Part shown: positions 1-11,826 of the stretch, piece by piece
Position numbering within the stretch: position 1 is the stretch's first letter
Layout of the letters: each line of letters starts with the position of its first letter
IMG/VR virus record: IMGVR_UViG_3300021256_000065
Source of the DNA: a virus
Reading direction: 5' to 3' (one strand)
DNA: 36,205 nt
Program-made: the position numbers and the translations under genes
Notes under the pieces: generated by a model
What the model was told of the DNA's origin: nothing
Seen by the model: the letters and a program-made list of their open reading frames with translations, nothing else
The model's database searches: none

Positions 1-3000
1 CAAGATGAAAATGATATAAAAGAAAATATTGCACCATCTGAACTAAATTATGATGAATTAATAAATAATTCATATGAAATTTATAATAAAATTGAAAATT
101 ATAGTATTGCACATAAACAAACTATTCCAAAAGTACCAGTTAAAAATTATAAAAAAGTACCTGCTTCAGAATATTGGCATCAACACTATCCTACATTAGC
201 TTCAATGTTTGAATCAGAAGATATATATGAAAAATATTGGGTACATCAGTGTGTTGATAAATTAAATGAAATGTTCGATCATAATAATTATAACCATGAA
301 CAAGTAGACCCTTATTATGAAAGACTTGAAGAAGAAGCAGATATTAAAAAAACTATTAGTGAAAAACTTGAAACTAATATGTTTCGTTATCCCATTACTC
401 TTCAACATTATGTTGATCTCTTTTGGGAGTGCGGTAGCACAGTTGGCGCAGGCCGTGGTTCATCTTGTTCAGGCTTAAATCATTATTTATTAGGTGTAAC
501 TCAGTTGGATCCCATTAAATGGAATCTTCCATTCTGGCGTTATCTTAATAAAGAGCGTATTGAGCTTGGCGATATTGATCTTGATCTTTGTCCGTCAAAA
601 CGTCCATTAATTCTTCAAAAGATAAAAGAAGAAAGAGGACAGTATTTTTATGATAATATTGATGATTTAAGTAGAAAAAATCTTGGTTGTACATTAATTG
701 CAACCTTTGGAACTGAAGGAACAAAGTCGGCAGTATTGACAGCATGTCGTGGTTATCGCTCAGAAGATTTTCCAGATGGGATTGATGTTGATACAGGTCA
801 GTATTTATCTTCATTAATACCTAGTGAAAGAGGATTTCTTTGGCCGCTTAAAGATGTTGTTTATGGAAACAAAGATAAAGATAGAAAACCAATTACCCCA
901 TTTATCACAGAAATAAATCAGTATCCTGGCCTTTTGGATATTGCAATGGCAATCGAAGGATTAATTAATAAAAGAAGTAGTCATGCTTCTGGTGTTATTC
1001 TTTTTGATGAAGATCCATATGAATTTGGATGTTTTATGAAAACTCCAAAAGGTGAAATTATTACTCAATGGGATCTTCATAAATGTGAAGCATGTGGCAT
1101 GACAAAATATGACTTCTTAGTAACAGAAGTGCAAGATAAAATTGTTGAAACTATTAGACTTCTTCAAAAATATAATAAAATTGATAGTAATTTAACATTA
1201 AGGGAAGTATACAATAAATATCTTCATCCAGAAGTTCTTCCTTTGGATGATGAAACTATATGGAAAGCATTACAGGAAAATAGTGTTTTAAATATTTTCC
1301 AGTTTGATTCAGATGTTGGCTCTCAGGCTGCAAAAAAAATTAAACCAACGAATATCATGGAAATGGCGGATGCCAATGGTTTGATGCGTCTTATGACCGC
1401 AGAAAAAGGTGCAGAAACACCGATGGAAAAATATATTCGTTATAAAAATAATTTATCATTATGGTATCAAGAAATGAATCGAGCTGGTTTGACAAAAGAA
1501 GAACAAACTGCGGTTGAACCATATTTTAAACAATCTTATGGAGTACCTCCATCTCAGGAGCAGTTAATGCGAATGTTGATGGATGATAAAATCTGTGGTT
1601 TCTCTCTTAAAGAAGCAAACGCCGCACGTAAGATTGTTGGTAAAAAACAAATGGCAAAAATTCCAGAATTACATCAACAAATTTTGGATAAGGCAACAAG
1701 TCCTGCTCTTGGTAAATATATTTGGGAATGTGGTGTTGGGCCTCAGATGGGGTATTCATTTTCAATTATTCATGCTCTTGCATATTCATTTATCGGAGCA
1801 CAAACAATTTATATTGCAACTCATTGGAATCCAATTTATTGGAATACGGCTTGTCTCATTGTCAATAGCGCATCTCTTGAAAATGAAGAAGATGATGATG
1901 ACGACGGAAACACAAAAGATAAATCAACTGATTATTCAAAGTTAGCAAAAGCTATCGGAGATATAACATCAAGAGGAATTAAGGTATCTTTAATTGATAT
2001 TAATAAATCTGGTTTTAGTTTTGAACCAGACGAGCCAAATAATGAAATTTTGTTTGGATTAAAAGGTGTTAATAAAATTGGTGGGCCAGTAATTGATCAA
2101 ATTATTAGCGGCCGCCCATATACAGGAATTATTGATTTTATGAATAGATGTCCATTAAATAAAACTCAAATGATATCTTTGATTAAGTCAGGAGCCTTTG
2201 ATAAGATTGATAATAAATGGGCATCAGAAATTTGTAAAGAAAATCCAAGATATGCAATTATGGCATATTATATATCATTAGTTTGTGATCCAAAAAAGCG
2301 ATTAACTTTACAGAATTTTAATGGATTATTAAAAAGTGGTTTAGTACCAGAAGAATTAAATAAACAAAAACAAGTATTTGTATTTAATAAATTCCTTAAA
2401 GATAATAAAAAAGTTGGTAAATATTATGTATTTGACGAAGGTTCATTAAATTTTTATTCACAATATTACGATTTAAATGAACTCGATGTTATTAATGGAA
2501 TTACTTGTATTCTCCAAAGTAAATGGGATAAAATCTATCAAAAAGAAATGGATGAAGCAAGAAATTGGTTAAAAGAGAATCAAGATGAAGTATTAAATCA
2601 ATATAATAATTTATTATTTAATGAAACATGGAATAAATATGCAATTGGAAATATTTCTGCATGGGAAATGGAAAGTTTGTGTTTTTATTATCATGAACAT
2701 GAATTAGCTGATATTGATAAACATAAATATGGTATTGTTAATTTTTCAACTTTATTATATGAACCTGAAGTAGATTATTTCTTTAAAAGAGCGGGTAGAA
2801 ATATTCCAATCTTTAAATTATATAAAATTGCAGGAACTATTATTAGTAAAAATAATACTAAAGCATCCGTTGCAATTTTAACAACAGATGGAGTTGTTAA
2901 TGTAAAATTTACCAAGGAATATTATGCGATGTATAATCGTCAGATTTCTGAAGTGCAAACGGATGGTAGTAAAAAAGTTCTTGAAAAAGGATGGTTCTCT

Positions 3001-3156
3001 CGTGGAACTAAAATTATGGTAACTGGTTATAGAAGAGAAGATACTTTTGTAGCAAAAACTTATAAAGCAACTTCTACACATCAGTTATACCGAATTATAA
3101 ATGTTGAAGGTAGAAATATTACATTAGAGCATGAAAGGGTAAATCTAAATGGATAA
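1..3156 (+). CDS. dnaE: DNA polymerase III alpha subunit (DnaE-type replicative polymerase), 5'-partial. The reading frame is open from base 1.
   Basis: Frame 1 is open from position 1 to the TAA at 3154-3156. The motif 'GSTVGAGRGSSCSGLNHYLLGVTQLDPIKWNLPFWRYLNKERIELGDIDLDLC' matches the E. coli DnaE palm region '[24 protein letters not shown]...FLNPERVSMPDFDVDFC'. There is no in-frame TAG. Confidence 0.85.
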   Translation, partial: QDENDIKENIAPSELNYDELINNSYEIYNKIENYSIAHKQTIPKVPVKNYKKVPASEYWHQHYPTLASMFESEDIYEKYWVHQCVDKLNEMFDHNNYNHEQVDPYYERLEEEADIKKTISEKLETNMFRYPITLQHYVDLFWECGSTVGAGRGSSCSGLNHYLLGVTQLDPIKWNLPFWRYLNKERIELGDIDLDLCPSKRPLILQKIKEERGQYFYDNIDDLSRKNLGCTLIATFGTEGTKSAVLTACRGYRSEDFPDGIDVDTGQYLSSLIPSERGFLWPLKDVVYGNKDKDRKPITPFITEINQYPGLLDIAMAIEGLINKRSSHASGVILFDEDPYEFGCFMKTPKGEIITQWDLHKCEACGMTKYDFLVTEVQDKIVETIRLLQKYNKIDSNLTLREVYNKYLHPEVLPLDDETIWKALQENSVLNIFQFDSDVGSQAAKKIKPTNIMEMADANGLMRLMTAEKGAETPMEKYIRYKNNLSLWYQEMNRAGLTKEEQTAVEPYFKQSYGVPPSQEQLMRMLMDDKICGFSLKEANAARKIVGKKQMAKIPELHQQILDKATSPALGKYIWECGVGPQMGYSFSIIHALAYSFIGAQTIYIATHWNPIYWNTACLIVNSASLENEEDDDDDGNTKDKSTDYSKLAKAIGDITSRGIKVSLIDINKSGFSFEPDEPNNEILFGLKGVNKIGGPVIDQIISGRPYTGIIDFMNRCPLNKTQMISLIKSGAFDKIDNKWASEICKENPRYAIMAYYISLVCDPKKRLTLQNFNGLLKSGLVPEELNKQKQVFVFNKFLKDNKKVGKYYVFDEGSLNFYSQYYDLNELDVINGITCILQSKWDKIYQKEMDEARNWLKENQDEVLNQYNNLLFNETWNKYAIGNISAWEMESLCFYYHEHELADIDKHKYGIVNFSTLLYEPEVDYFFKRAGRNIPIFKLYKIAGTIISKNNTKASVAILTTDGVVNVKFTKEYYAMYNRQISEVQTDGSKKVLEKGWFSRGTKIMVTGYRREDTFVAKTYKATSTHQLYRIINVEGRNITLEHERVNLNG

Positions 3157-3724
3157 AATTAAACTTCTTGCTTTGTTCGGTGAATCCAGCGCTGGAAAAG
3201 ATTCAATCCAGCGTTGGCTTGGACAAAGACTAAAAAATGCACATAATATAGTATCATATACAACACGCCCACCGCGAGATTATGAAATAGAAGGTCGTGA
3301 ATATCATTTTATATCTGATATTAAATTTAAAACCTTAATTGAAAATAATAAAATGCTTGAATATACAAAATTTAATAATTGGTATTATGGTACTTATATT
3401 AATGAATTAGATAAAAATAAAATTAATATAGGAGTTTTTAATCCTGAGGGAGTTCGTAATATTATTCTTTCTTATCATCAATATATTGATATACTTCCAG
3501 TATGGATTAAGACTCCAGAAAAGACTCGTTTATTAAGATCACTCAAAAGAGAAAAAAATCCAGACTGTACTGAAATTTGTCGTCGTTTTTTAGCTGATCA
3601 AAAAGACTTTTCAAATATTGATTTTGATTATGAAATTTTTTTAAATGATGATAGCAATAATGAAGATTATTATGGATTTTTAAATATACCAAAAATTTCT
3701 GCTTTTATAAAAGGACAAAATTAA
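3149..3724 (+). CDS. P-loop nucleoside-monophosphate kinase, guanylate-kinase-like
   Basis: Has a P-loop 'GESSAGKDS' and a Gmk-like motif 'YTTRPPRDYEIEGREYHF'. It overlaps the dnaE stop and ends on TAA. Confidence 0.6.
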   Translation: MDKIKLLALFGESSAGKDSIQRWLGQRLKNAHNIVSYTTRPPRDYEIEGREYHFISDIKFKTLIENNKMLEYTKFNNWYYGTYINELDKNKINIGVFNPEGVRNIILSYHQYIDILPVWIKTPEKTRLLRSLKREKNPDCTEICRRFLADQKDFSNIDFDYEIFLNDDSNNEDYYGFLNIPKISAFIKGQN

Positions 3725-3797
3725 TTAATTTATATAAGCAAATTTTAAATAATATAGTAACCCTAAAAATATTTTATCTAATTAGGAGAGGATGTAT

Positions 3798-6086
3798 ATG
3801 ATTTATGTAATCAAAAGAGATGGCAGAAAAATGCCATTCAACACAGAAAAAATAAAAAATGCAATTTTAAAAGCCTTTAAAGCAGTAGATGGTTAGATTT
3901 CAGATTATGCAGAAACTAAAGCAGAAAATATTGCCAACTATATTGAAGGCTATTGTGAAGAAGAACTTGAACCATTATCTATTGAAGAAATTCAAGATTT
4001 AGTAGAAAATGGTTTGATGTCAACAAAACGAAAAGACGTTGCTAAAGCCTACATCAAATATCGTGAAAATCGCACAAGAGAAAGAAATTGGAATAATAAC
4101 ATGATGCGGGCAGCGCAAGAAAAACTCACCGGATCCCGTATCGATAATCAAAACGCTAATGTCGATGAACATTCATTTGGGGGTCGCCGCGGCGAATTTG
4201 ATTCTGTTATTTCTAAACAATATGCTTTAGATAACTGTATGTCAAAGATGTCACGAGAAAACCATTTAAACAATGAAATTTATATTCATGATTTGGACGC
4301 ATATGCGGTTGGTATGCACAACTGTCTTAGTATGCCATTGGATGATTTACTTGCAAATGGTTTCAACACTCGTCAAACGGATGTAAGACCCGCAAATTCA
4401 ATTAATACAGCTTTTCAATTAGTTGCTGTTTTATTTCAGCTTCAAAGTTTACAACAATTTGGCGGAGTTTCAGCAACTCATCTCGACTGGACAATGGTTC
4501 CATATGTAAGAAAATCATTTTTCAAACATCTTAAGGATGGTTGTCAATACATATTAAAAATAAATTTTGATAAATATGAAACAGTTTTTGATGGAACTGA
4601 CCCAATAGATTTTGAAGGATATAAAACATTTCATGAAGCATATGATTATGCAATGGACATGACAAAAAAAGAATTAGAGCAAGCAGTTGAAGGAATGTAT
4701 CATAATCTTAATACTTTACAAAGTAGAAGCGGAAATCAGCTTCCTTTTACATCAATTAATTATGGAACTTGTACACTTCCTGAAGGGCGAATGGTTATTA
4801 AAGCTTTACTCAAGGGTAGTATTAAAGGAGTTGGTAAATTTCATAAAACGCCTATTTTTCCATGTGGTATATTCCAAGTAATGAAAGGTGTAAATAAAGA
4901 ACCTGGAACTCCTAACTACGATTTATATAGATTAGCTCTTGAATCAACAGCAAAAAGATTATATCCTAATTATGCTAATGTTGACTGGAGCGGAAATGCG
5001 GGTTATGACAAAAATGATCCAGCTACATATTTCAGTACGATGGGATGCCGCACTGCCAATGGTTTCGATATAAATGCAGACCCTGGAATAAATCCGCAAC
5101 GAAAAGATGGACGCGGCAATATTTGTCCTGTAACTATTATTCTTCCTACTCTTGCTATGGAAGCTAAACAAATGCACAGAGGCATGATAGAAGATTATGA
5201 AAATAGTAGTATTGAAAAAGGAATTGTTTATAAAGAAATCACTCTTGTTGATAATTTTATACGTCTTTTAGATAAAAAAATTCATGAAGCAAAAGATATG
5301 CTCCTTGAAAGATTTGAATATATTTGTTCACAAGACCCATCTTCTGCAAAATTTATGTGGGAAAATCATACCATGTTAGGTTATAAATCAGAAGAAGGAA
5401 TTCGTTCTGCCCTTAAACATGGCACAATAGTAATTGGTCAATTAGGTCTTGCAGAATGCTTACAAATTCTTATTGGTAAAGATCATACAACAGAAGAAGG
5501 TATGGAATTAGCTAAACGCATAGAACAATTATTTAAAGATAGATGCGCCGAATTTAAGCAGCAATATAAACTTAATTTTGGTGTTTATTACACTCCTGCC
5601 GAAAATCTTTGTTATACAGCGATGAAAAAATTCCAAGATAAATATGGAAAAATTCCAAATGTAAGTGATAAAGAATTTTTCACTAATAGTATGCATGTTC
5701 CAGTTTGGAAAGAAATTGATCCGTTTACAAAGATTGATATTGAAAGTCAGCTAACTGGATATTCTTCCGCGGGATGTATTACTTATGTAGAATTAGACAG
5801 CGGAATTTTACATAATATTGATGCATTAGAACAAATTGTAAATTATGCTATGGATAAAGATATTCCATATTTTGCATTAAATATTCCAAATGATTTATGT
5901 TTAAATTGCGGTTACACTGGAGAAATCAATGACGAATGTCCTATGTGTAAAAGCAAAAATATCCAAAGACTTCGTAGAGTAACTGGTTATTTAACAGGAG
6001 ATTATAAGACCGCATTTAATCTTGGGAAACAGCAAGAGACAGAAATGAGATTTAAACATTCAACATTATTAAGAGGATATAAATAA
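3798..6086 (+). CDS. nrdD: Anaerobic ribonucleoside-triphosphate reductase NrdD (class III RNR) with an N-terminal ATP-cone and one in-frame TAG at 3894-3896
   Basis: An RBS 'AGGAGAGG' sits upstream of the ATG at 3798. The ATP-cone 'VIKRDGRKMPFNTEKIKNAILKA' aligns with the N-terminus of E. coli NrdD. There is a C-terminal zinc ribbon 'CLNCGYTGEINDECPMCKS' and a glycyl-radical motif 'RVTGYL'. The frame is continuous through the TAG. The six-frame ORF track only begins at 4014. Confidence 0.9.
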
Positions 6087-6088
6087 AA

Positions 6089-6649
6089 ATGATAACAAAT
6101 ATTAAAAAATCTATTTTAGCAGGTATTCTTATTGGATTAGGTGTTTTAATTAATTCTCAATCAGATTATCCGCCTTTAGGAGCATTATTATTTAGTTTTG
6201 GGCTATTAACTATAATTCAAATGCAACTAAATTTATATACTGGTAAAATTGGTTATTTCACTCAAATGCACGAATGGAAATTTTTAATTACCGTACTATT
6301 ATTTAATTGCATTGGAATTGCGGCGACCGTAGGTTTATATGCACTCGGTAACCAGAACTATTCAAGTATTATATCTGCGGCTGCCGCGACAAAATTCGCA
6401 AAACCCGCATTAACGTTATTTATTAATGCTTGCTTTTGTGGGGCACTAATTCATTTTGCTGTAAAAAATAAAATAACTATATTAACAATTTTTGCAGTTA
6501 TGATTTTCATCCTTATCGGAGCAGAACACTGTATAGCTGATTTCCCATACCTTTTATTCAATTTATCTCCTATTAATATTTTAAAATTTATTGCAATTAT
6601 TTTTGGTAATTCAATAGGCGCAATATTAATTGAAAGGTTAAATAAATAA
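6089..6649 (+). CDS. Polytopic membrane protein of unknown function, encoded between nrdD and nrdG
   Basis: 186 aa with 5-6 hydrophobic segments. The ATG lies 2 nt after the nrdD TAA. Confidence 0.5.
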   Translation: MITNIKKSILAGILIGLGVLINSQSDYPPLGALLFSFGLLTIIQMQLNLYTGKIGYFTQMHEWKFLITVLLFNCIGIAATVGLYALGNQNYSSIISAAAATKFAKPALTLFINACFCGALIHFAVKNKITILTIFAVMIFILIGAEHCIADFPYLLFNLSPINILKFIAIIFGNSIGAILIERLNK

Positions 6650-6651
6650 AA

Positions 6652-7137
6652 ATGGATAGATATGCAGGTTTAATAACTAATGATTTTGCAAATGGAGTTG
6701 GCACTTGCGTCTCATTTTGGACGCAAGGCTGCCCGCACCGCTGTCCTGGTTGTCAAAACCCATAGACATGGGATTTTAAAGGTGGAAAAGAAATTCCCAC
6801 AGATATACGAGGACAAATTATTAAAGCTATTTGTGCAAATGATATTATAAGAAATTTTTCAGTCTTGGGCGGAGAGCCTTTATGTGAAGAAAATTTAGAT
6901 GAAGTTGAAAAAATTATTACAGCAGTAAGAACTGCTTATCCGCACATAAAAATTTTTGTATGGACTGGTTATACTTTAGAAGAGTTGTTAAAAAAATAGG
7001 ATGAAAAAATTAATAGTATTTTATCTCAAATTGATATTTTAATAGATGGTCGTTTTATTCAAGAGGAAAGAGATATTACTCTTGAATTAAGAGGAAGTAA
7101 AAATCAACGAGTCTTATATCGAGGAATTGATTTTTAA
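6652..7137 (+). CDS. nrdG: Anaerobic RNR activating protein NrdG (radical-SAM) with two in-frame TAG codons (6763-6765 and 6997-6999)
   Basis: Translation gives 'GTCVSFWTQGCPHRCPGCQNP*TWDFKGG...FVWTGYTLEELLKK*DEKINSILSQIDILIDGRF...RGSKNQRVLY'. This is collinear with E. coli and T4 NrdG ('GCVHECPGCYNKSTW...WVWTGYKLDEL...VLVDGKF...WRGSSNQ'). The six-frame ORF track does not report it because of the TAGs. Confidence 0.85.
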
Positions 7138-7178
7138 TAAAATTTTTTATATAATATATATAACAAAGGAGATTTCTA

Positions 7179-7577
7179 ATGAATAAAAATGATACACATG
7201 ATGTTTCATTAGGAACATTATATGATTTTAATAAGCAACTAATTTTGAAACAGGGTGAAATTAGCAAAACCAAACTTAAAACAATTAAACCTAAATTAGA
7301 AGAGTGGTTTAATTGGCAAATTGATGGATATGCTATGTTGCTTTGCCGCGAAAGATATGATTTTACAGTATTTCATCTGTATGAAAAACAAAATCCCAAT
7401 CCACCAAGAGTTGCAGTAACAGAACTAATTGATCTGCTTAAAAATAGAGGAAAAATTCTTTCTATCGAAAAAGACTCCAATACATTAAATAATGCTTGGG
7501 AAATCTGGCTTGAAATTGACGGAGAAGCCTTCGCTTATTACTTATTTAATTGTGATGATTGGGTTATTCAATGCTAA
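7179..7577 (+). CDS. hypothetical protein
   Basis: RBS 'AAAGGAGA'. 132-aa ORF ending on TAA. Confidence 0.55.
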   Translation: MNKNDTHDVSLGTLYDFNKQLILKQGEISKTKLKTIKPKLEEWFNWQIDGYAMLLCRERYDFTVFHLYEKQNPNPPRVAVTELIDLLKNRGKILSIEKDSNTLNNAWEIWLEIDGEAFAYYLFNCDDWVIQC

Positions 7578-7594
7578 AAAGGAGGATATAAGAT

Positions 7595-7855
7595 ATGAAA
7601 AAAATTATTGGAATTATCCATCCTTTTGATATGTATCAAACTTTTTATGTTTACGAAGATGGTAATAAACTTGAAACCATTCAAACTAGAGTAAAAGACA
7701 TTCCAGATACAATATTTGAGTTATCTCGTGCATATAATACTTATCAAGTTGATTTATCTGGTGCAGAACATTTTACTGAAGGTATTATAAAACAAATTCA
7801 AGAAAAAGAAAATACTAAATACAATGAACATAAATTAACTATTAAATGTATTTAA
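7595..7855 (+). CDS. hypothetical protein
   Basis: RBS 'AAAGGAGGA'. 86-aa ORF. Confidence 0.55.
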   Translation: MKKIIGIIHPFDMYQTFYVYEDGNKLETIQTRVKDIPDTIFELSRAYNTYQVDLSGAEHFTEGIIKQIQEKENTKYNEHKLTIKCI

Positions 7856-7872
7856 AATAAAGGAGATTAACA

Positions 7873-8118
7873 ATGGCAAAATATCTAATTAGTACAATAG
7901 AAACTTATAGAGTAGATACAGAAGCTGAAGCAACAAAAGCAATCGAAGAAGCAAAAAATGATAGTGCTTATACTTTAGGTAAATATATTAGTGAACATAA
8001 AGAGCGAAAATCAAAAGGCGAAATTGTTGATGAATATTGGAAACTTTCTTTGACCAAAATATTTAATGATATTAAAGAGCCTGAATCTATTATAACAATT
8101 AATTATGAGGTAGAATAA
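7873..8118 (+). CDS. hypothetical protein
   Basis: RBS 'AAAGGAGA'. 81-aa ORF. Confidence 0.55.
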   Translation: MAKYLISTIETYRVDTEAEATKAIEEAKNDSAYTLGKYISEHKERKSKGEIVDEYWKLSLTKIFNDIKEPESIITINYEVE

Positions 8119-8119
8119 T

Positions 8120-8569
8120 ATGGAATTGACTGCTGATATTAATGTAAAAAAACTTAATGATTTAGCTAAACTTCCTACAAGAGGAAGTGAATACGCGGCA
8201 GGATATGATTTATATGCAGCGACATATTATACTACTTATATTGAGCCTCATTCTACTGTAAAAATTGGAACTGGTCTCTCTTTTGAATTACCTAAAAACA
8301 CATTTGCAGCAATCTTCCCGAGATCTGGTATTGCTACAAAGCGCGGCCTCCGCCCCGCAAACTGTGTGGGGGTATGTGATAGCGACTATCGAGGAGAATA
8401 TATTGTAGCTTTACATAATGACACAGATGAAGTTCAAAGTATTGAGCCTCAAGAACGAATTGCACAGATGATTCTTCTTCCTTTTATTGAAATGAATTTT
8501 AATGAAGTAGAAGATTTATCTAATACTGATCGAGGTGATTCTGGATTTGGAGATTCAGGTAAATTTTAA
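8120..8569 (+). CDS. dut: dUTP pyrophosphatase (dUTPase)
   Basis: Carries dUTPase motifs 'AGYDLYA', 'PRSGIATKRGL', 'GVCDSDYRGE' and 'RGDSGFGDSG'. Confidence 0.85.
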   Translation: MELTADINVKKLNDLAKLPTRGSEYAAGYDLYAATYYTTYIEPHSTVKIGTGLSFELPKNTFAAIFPRSGIATKRGLRPANCVGVCDSDYRGEYIVALHNDTDEVQSIEPQERIAQMILLPFIEMNFNEVEDLSNTDRGDSGFGDSGKF

Positions 8570-8694
8570 TGAAAATACTATTAGCAATTAGCTTCTCAAT
8601 TTTATTTATAATATTAGGATTAATAGACAGAAAAACAATGTCTGAAGAAGAATTAAAAAAAAGAATATGGTTATTCAACCATGGATTCTATTAA
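8569..8694 (+). CDS. Small hydrophobic peptide (41 aa, one transmembrane helix). Its ATG overlaps the dut stop as TAATG.
   Basis: Sequence 'MKILLAISFSILFIILGLIDRKTMSEEELKKRIWLFNHGFY'. It is the last ORF before the convergent terminator and is too short to appear in the ORF track. Confidence 0.3.
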   Translation: MKILLAISFSILFIILGLIDRKTMSEEELKKRIWLFNHGFY

Positions 8695-8703
8695 ATAAAA
8701 AAA

Positions 8704-8739
8704 TAGGGCAGATGATTTAATCATCTGCCCTTTATTTTT
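8704..8739. terminator. Bidirectional rho-independent terminator between the convergent + and - operons
   Basis: An 11-bp stem 'GGGCAGATGAT / ATCATCTGCCC' with a 3-nt loop, flanked by A-runs and T-runs on both sides. Confidence 0.65.
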
Positions 8740-9296
8740 TACTCAGTTTTAACTGGTAAATTTGTTTTGATATCTCTTCCACCATTTGCATATCTAGCAA
8801 AATCAACCACTGCTTTAAATTGTTTTGGATCAAAACTATCAACAATTTTTGCAGCAGCTTCCGCATTAGCGGGTAAATCATTAATTATTTGATTAATGAT
8901 TGCACCAACACTGGTATTATTTACAAAACTTGTTTCCTTAATGTTATTAAGTTGTTCAAAAAGTTCATTATATTCATCTTCATTGATAACTTTAAAGAAC
9001 TCTTCATAAAAACCATTACTCTTTAAAGTATCATATAATTTAAATTCATCTTCTCTTTGTTTTTCAGTGAAAGAAATGTTTGTATACATATAAACTAAAT
9101 TTAATTCAAAATATAAATTTAATTTAAACTCATTATACATTCCATTCTACAAAGATTTTTGTAATGTAATCATTAATAAATCATATTTATCTTGCGCTGG
9201 CAAATACTGAAGAACTTCTACCTTTTGTCCACAAAAATCAAAAGTTTTTACTTCTGTATTTACCTTTAACTTCATATTAGCATAAGATACTTTCAT
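8739..9296 (-). CDS. hypothetical protein, last gene of the late operon, with one in-frame TAG at 9147-9149
   Basis: The ATG at 9296 follows 'AAGGAGAtattgat'. The frame is continuous through the TAG into track ORF 8739..9140 and ends on TGA. Confidence 0.6.
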
Positions 9297-9357
9297 ATCA
9301 ATATCTCCTTTTAACTCTTTTTATTCAATCATATTATATGTTAATTTTTTTTATTTG

Positions 9358-10749
9358 TCAAGAAAAATTAACATTATATCCAACTGTAATTTTTTTCTGA
9401 TGCAATTCATTTAAAATATTATAAATTCTATCTTGGACTCTTTTCTATTTATGATTTTTTAAATAAATATTTGAAATTTGATTTAATCCACTAATCTAAT
9501 GAAAATTATTTTCTAATATTTCTTGGATATTTTTAACATAAACATCTCCAGTAGCCCTATTTATAAAAATAAAAACATTCGCATTTTTTGTTCCTTGTTT
9601 TAAGGGGTTACCAGAAGAAAAAGCTTCAAATGCAACCTCCTTTTTTACAATTTCATCTAAATTAGCTCTCCCCGGTCTTGCACCAGTTGCATGCCCAGTA
9701 TGAGAAACATGCATATTTAACCAATGATTTCCAAAGTCTACATATGATTCATAATTATTTAAAAATACTAATGTAGAAAATAAATCTACATCTTGTAATT
9801 TTGTTTTTGCTCTTTCGCTAGCCTGAACCGCATAACTTTTTACAGAAGCAAAAATATCCTCATCTTGTATACTAATCTAAGCATCAACTTTATTTTGTGT
9901 TGACCCTAAAGTATATTTTGTGCCATCTTTTGTACTTGTATTTAAAAAATGCTTATTTCTTTTTTCTCCAATTATTAAATTTTTATCAAAAGTAATTTCA
10001 GTTCTTTCCATACCTTTTACAGTATCTTCTAAGAATTTTGCAACCTACTCTTCTGCAAGATTTGCAGCTGAATCATCACAAATTGCAACTAACATTTCTC
10101 CAAATCTACCGCCAATTGCATTAGCAGTATTTTCATAGCGTCTTTCGCCTATTGCCTTTTCAATTCCACCAATGGTAGAATCTTCTAAAGAGTCTTTAGA
10201 TAAATGAGTATACTATTCGTATAATTTTATTAAAGTTTGCAAATTATCCTCTGATTGAGGCTGTTCTTCTTGATTAATTTTATTAATTAAAGACTAAATT
10301 TCATTATATAAATTTTTTGCTTTTTCGCGTCTTGCTTCTAATTCTTCTGCAGATAAAGAAAAAGCCCAATTTTGAGTAGTAGAAAGCGGAACTTTCTTTT
10401 TATTTTCAGTAGTCCATCCATTACCCTGAGAAATATTAATTACTCTATGAGTTCCAGTAACACCAGATGCTCTTTCCTATAATAAAAGATAAATTTCGTT
10501 AATTAATTTTTGTTGATGAATTTTCCATTCACTTTTTTCTTTTTCAATATTATTTGAAGTATTAATTTTTAATCTTTCTCGTAATTTATTTAAAGCGCCT
10601 TCATCAACTTTAGGTGAATTAATTCTTATTCTATTATTAATAACATCCATCGAATAATTTGGAATATTACTATCAGGATCTCTTCTAGTTATTCCATATT
10701 TTTTATAATTTTTATAATATAAATGAATGTATTCTCCTAGTGCGCTCAT
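9358..10749 (-). CDS. hypothetical 463-aa protein with a His/Gly-rich motif 'GNHWLNMHVSHTGHATGARPGR' and 7 in-frame TAG codons
   Basis: Manual translation joins track ORFs 10477..10749 and 9496..9714 with the unlisted segments between them. RBS 'AAGGAGtaat'. In-frame TAGs occur at 10477, 10294, 10213, 10045, 9877, 9496 and 9436. The real stop is a TGA at 9358-9360. Confidence 0.6.
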
Positions 10750-10821
10750 TATTACTCCTTAAATTAAAAAATAGGGAGGATTATATAATTAACCCTCCCT
10801 ATTCTATTTTTATTTAATTAA

Positions 10822-11826
10822 TTATCCCTGTACTACATCATCTGTTTCAGTTCCTTCTCCAGTATGAGTTCCATTGACGGAATCATCAATAGATTCATCA
10901 ATATTGAAACCAGTTGGATGCGGGAATAATGGCTTAACTTCATTCTTAGCCTCGGTTGCATCATCAACTACCTGAATAGCACAAAGAACTTTATTAGTCT
11001 TATTAAAATATGTATATCCAGGGAATGCGTCCATAGTAAAGGTGAAGGTACTAGGATCACCAGTAGCTGCCATTGAGAAAGTAAAGTTAGACTGAATTTT
11101 AACATTCGGGAATGTTAAATTAGCAGGTAAATCTTTACCATCGGACTGACGTCTAAACAATGTATCTGCTTCTACATAGTAATAACCACCGAAAGTACCT
11201 GCATCAATCTGAAGCTCAGATACAGTACTAGATGCCTTAATTACATAATAATCAACCATCACTGGCCCGCTACTTGCAATAGCGGTCGCTTCTGCAACAC
11301 CAGTAATCTGTAATTTCTTACCACCAGTAGCCACAGACCAGCCTTTTAAGATTTCACCAGTAAGATCACCATACTCATCTAACTTAATAATATAAATAGG
11401 AGCTGTAGGACAAATTGTTTCACTTTGCTCTAAAGCATCCGTTAAATCAATTTCTAATGTATTATTAGTAGCTGTAATGGTAGCAGTTGCTGCAGCGATT
11501 GCATTAGTAGTCTGATGGAAATGAACAGATTCACTAGATAATCCTTTAATAACACCAGCACCAGAAAGCATAGCGAAACTAACAGGAGAAAGTAAGGCGT
11601 CTTCAACAGTAAATGTAAGAGTTTTCTAACCTTCCCAAGCAATTAAACGAGTATTACCACGACCACCTGTTGCATATACCGTGGTAGCCGCACCTTCCAT
11701 CGAAGATGTTTTTGCAGTATCAAGATAGAATACGGGCTGACCTTTTTCAAAGGTCTTATCACCAATTTTTTGCTGATTCTTTGCCTTAAATACTACATTA
11801 GCAATTTCACGCACACCAAATTTCAT
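10822..11826 (-). CDS. putative major tail / tube-like structural protein with one in-frame TAG at 11626-11628
   Basis: Joins track ORFs 11626..11826 and 10822..11571 in the same frame. RBS 'AAGGAGGAAATCCAA'. The composition is Thr/Ala/Gly-rich and beta-rich, and the stop is TAA. The functional assignment is a guess from gene position and composition. Confidence 0.45.

Noticed and set aside
545-5185. Antisense and alternative-frame ORFs inside dnaE and nrdD (545..814-, 1583..1945+, 2878..3081-, 4687..4881+, 4959..5177-, 5003..5185-)
   Set aside because: They are embedded in well-supported conserved coding sequence on the other strand or frame, with no RBS. They are typical of AT-rich spurious ORFs.
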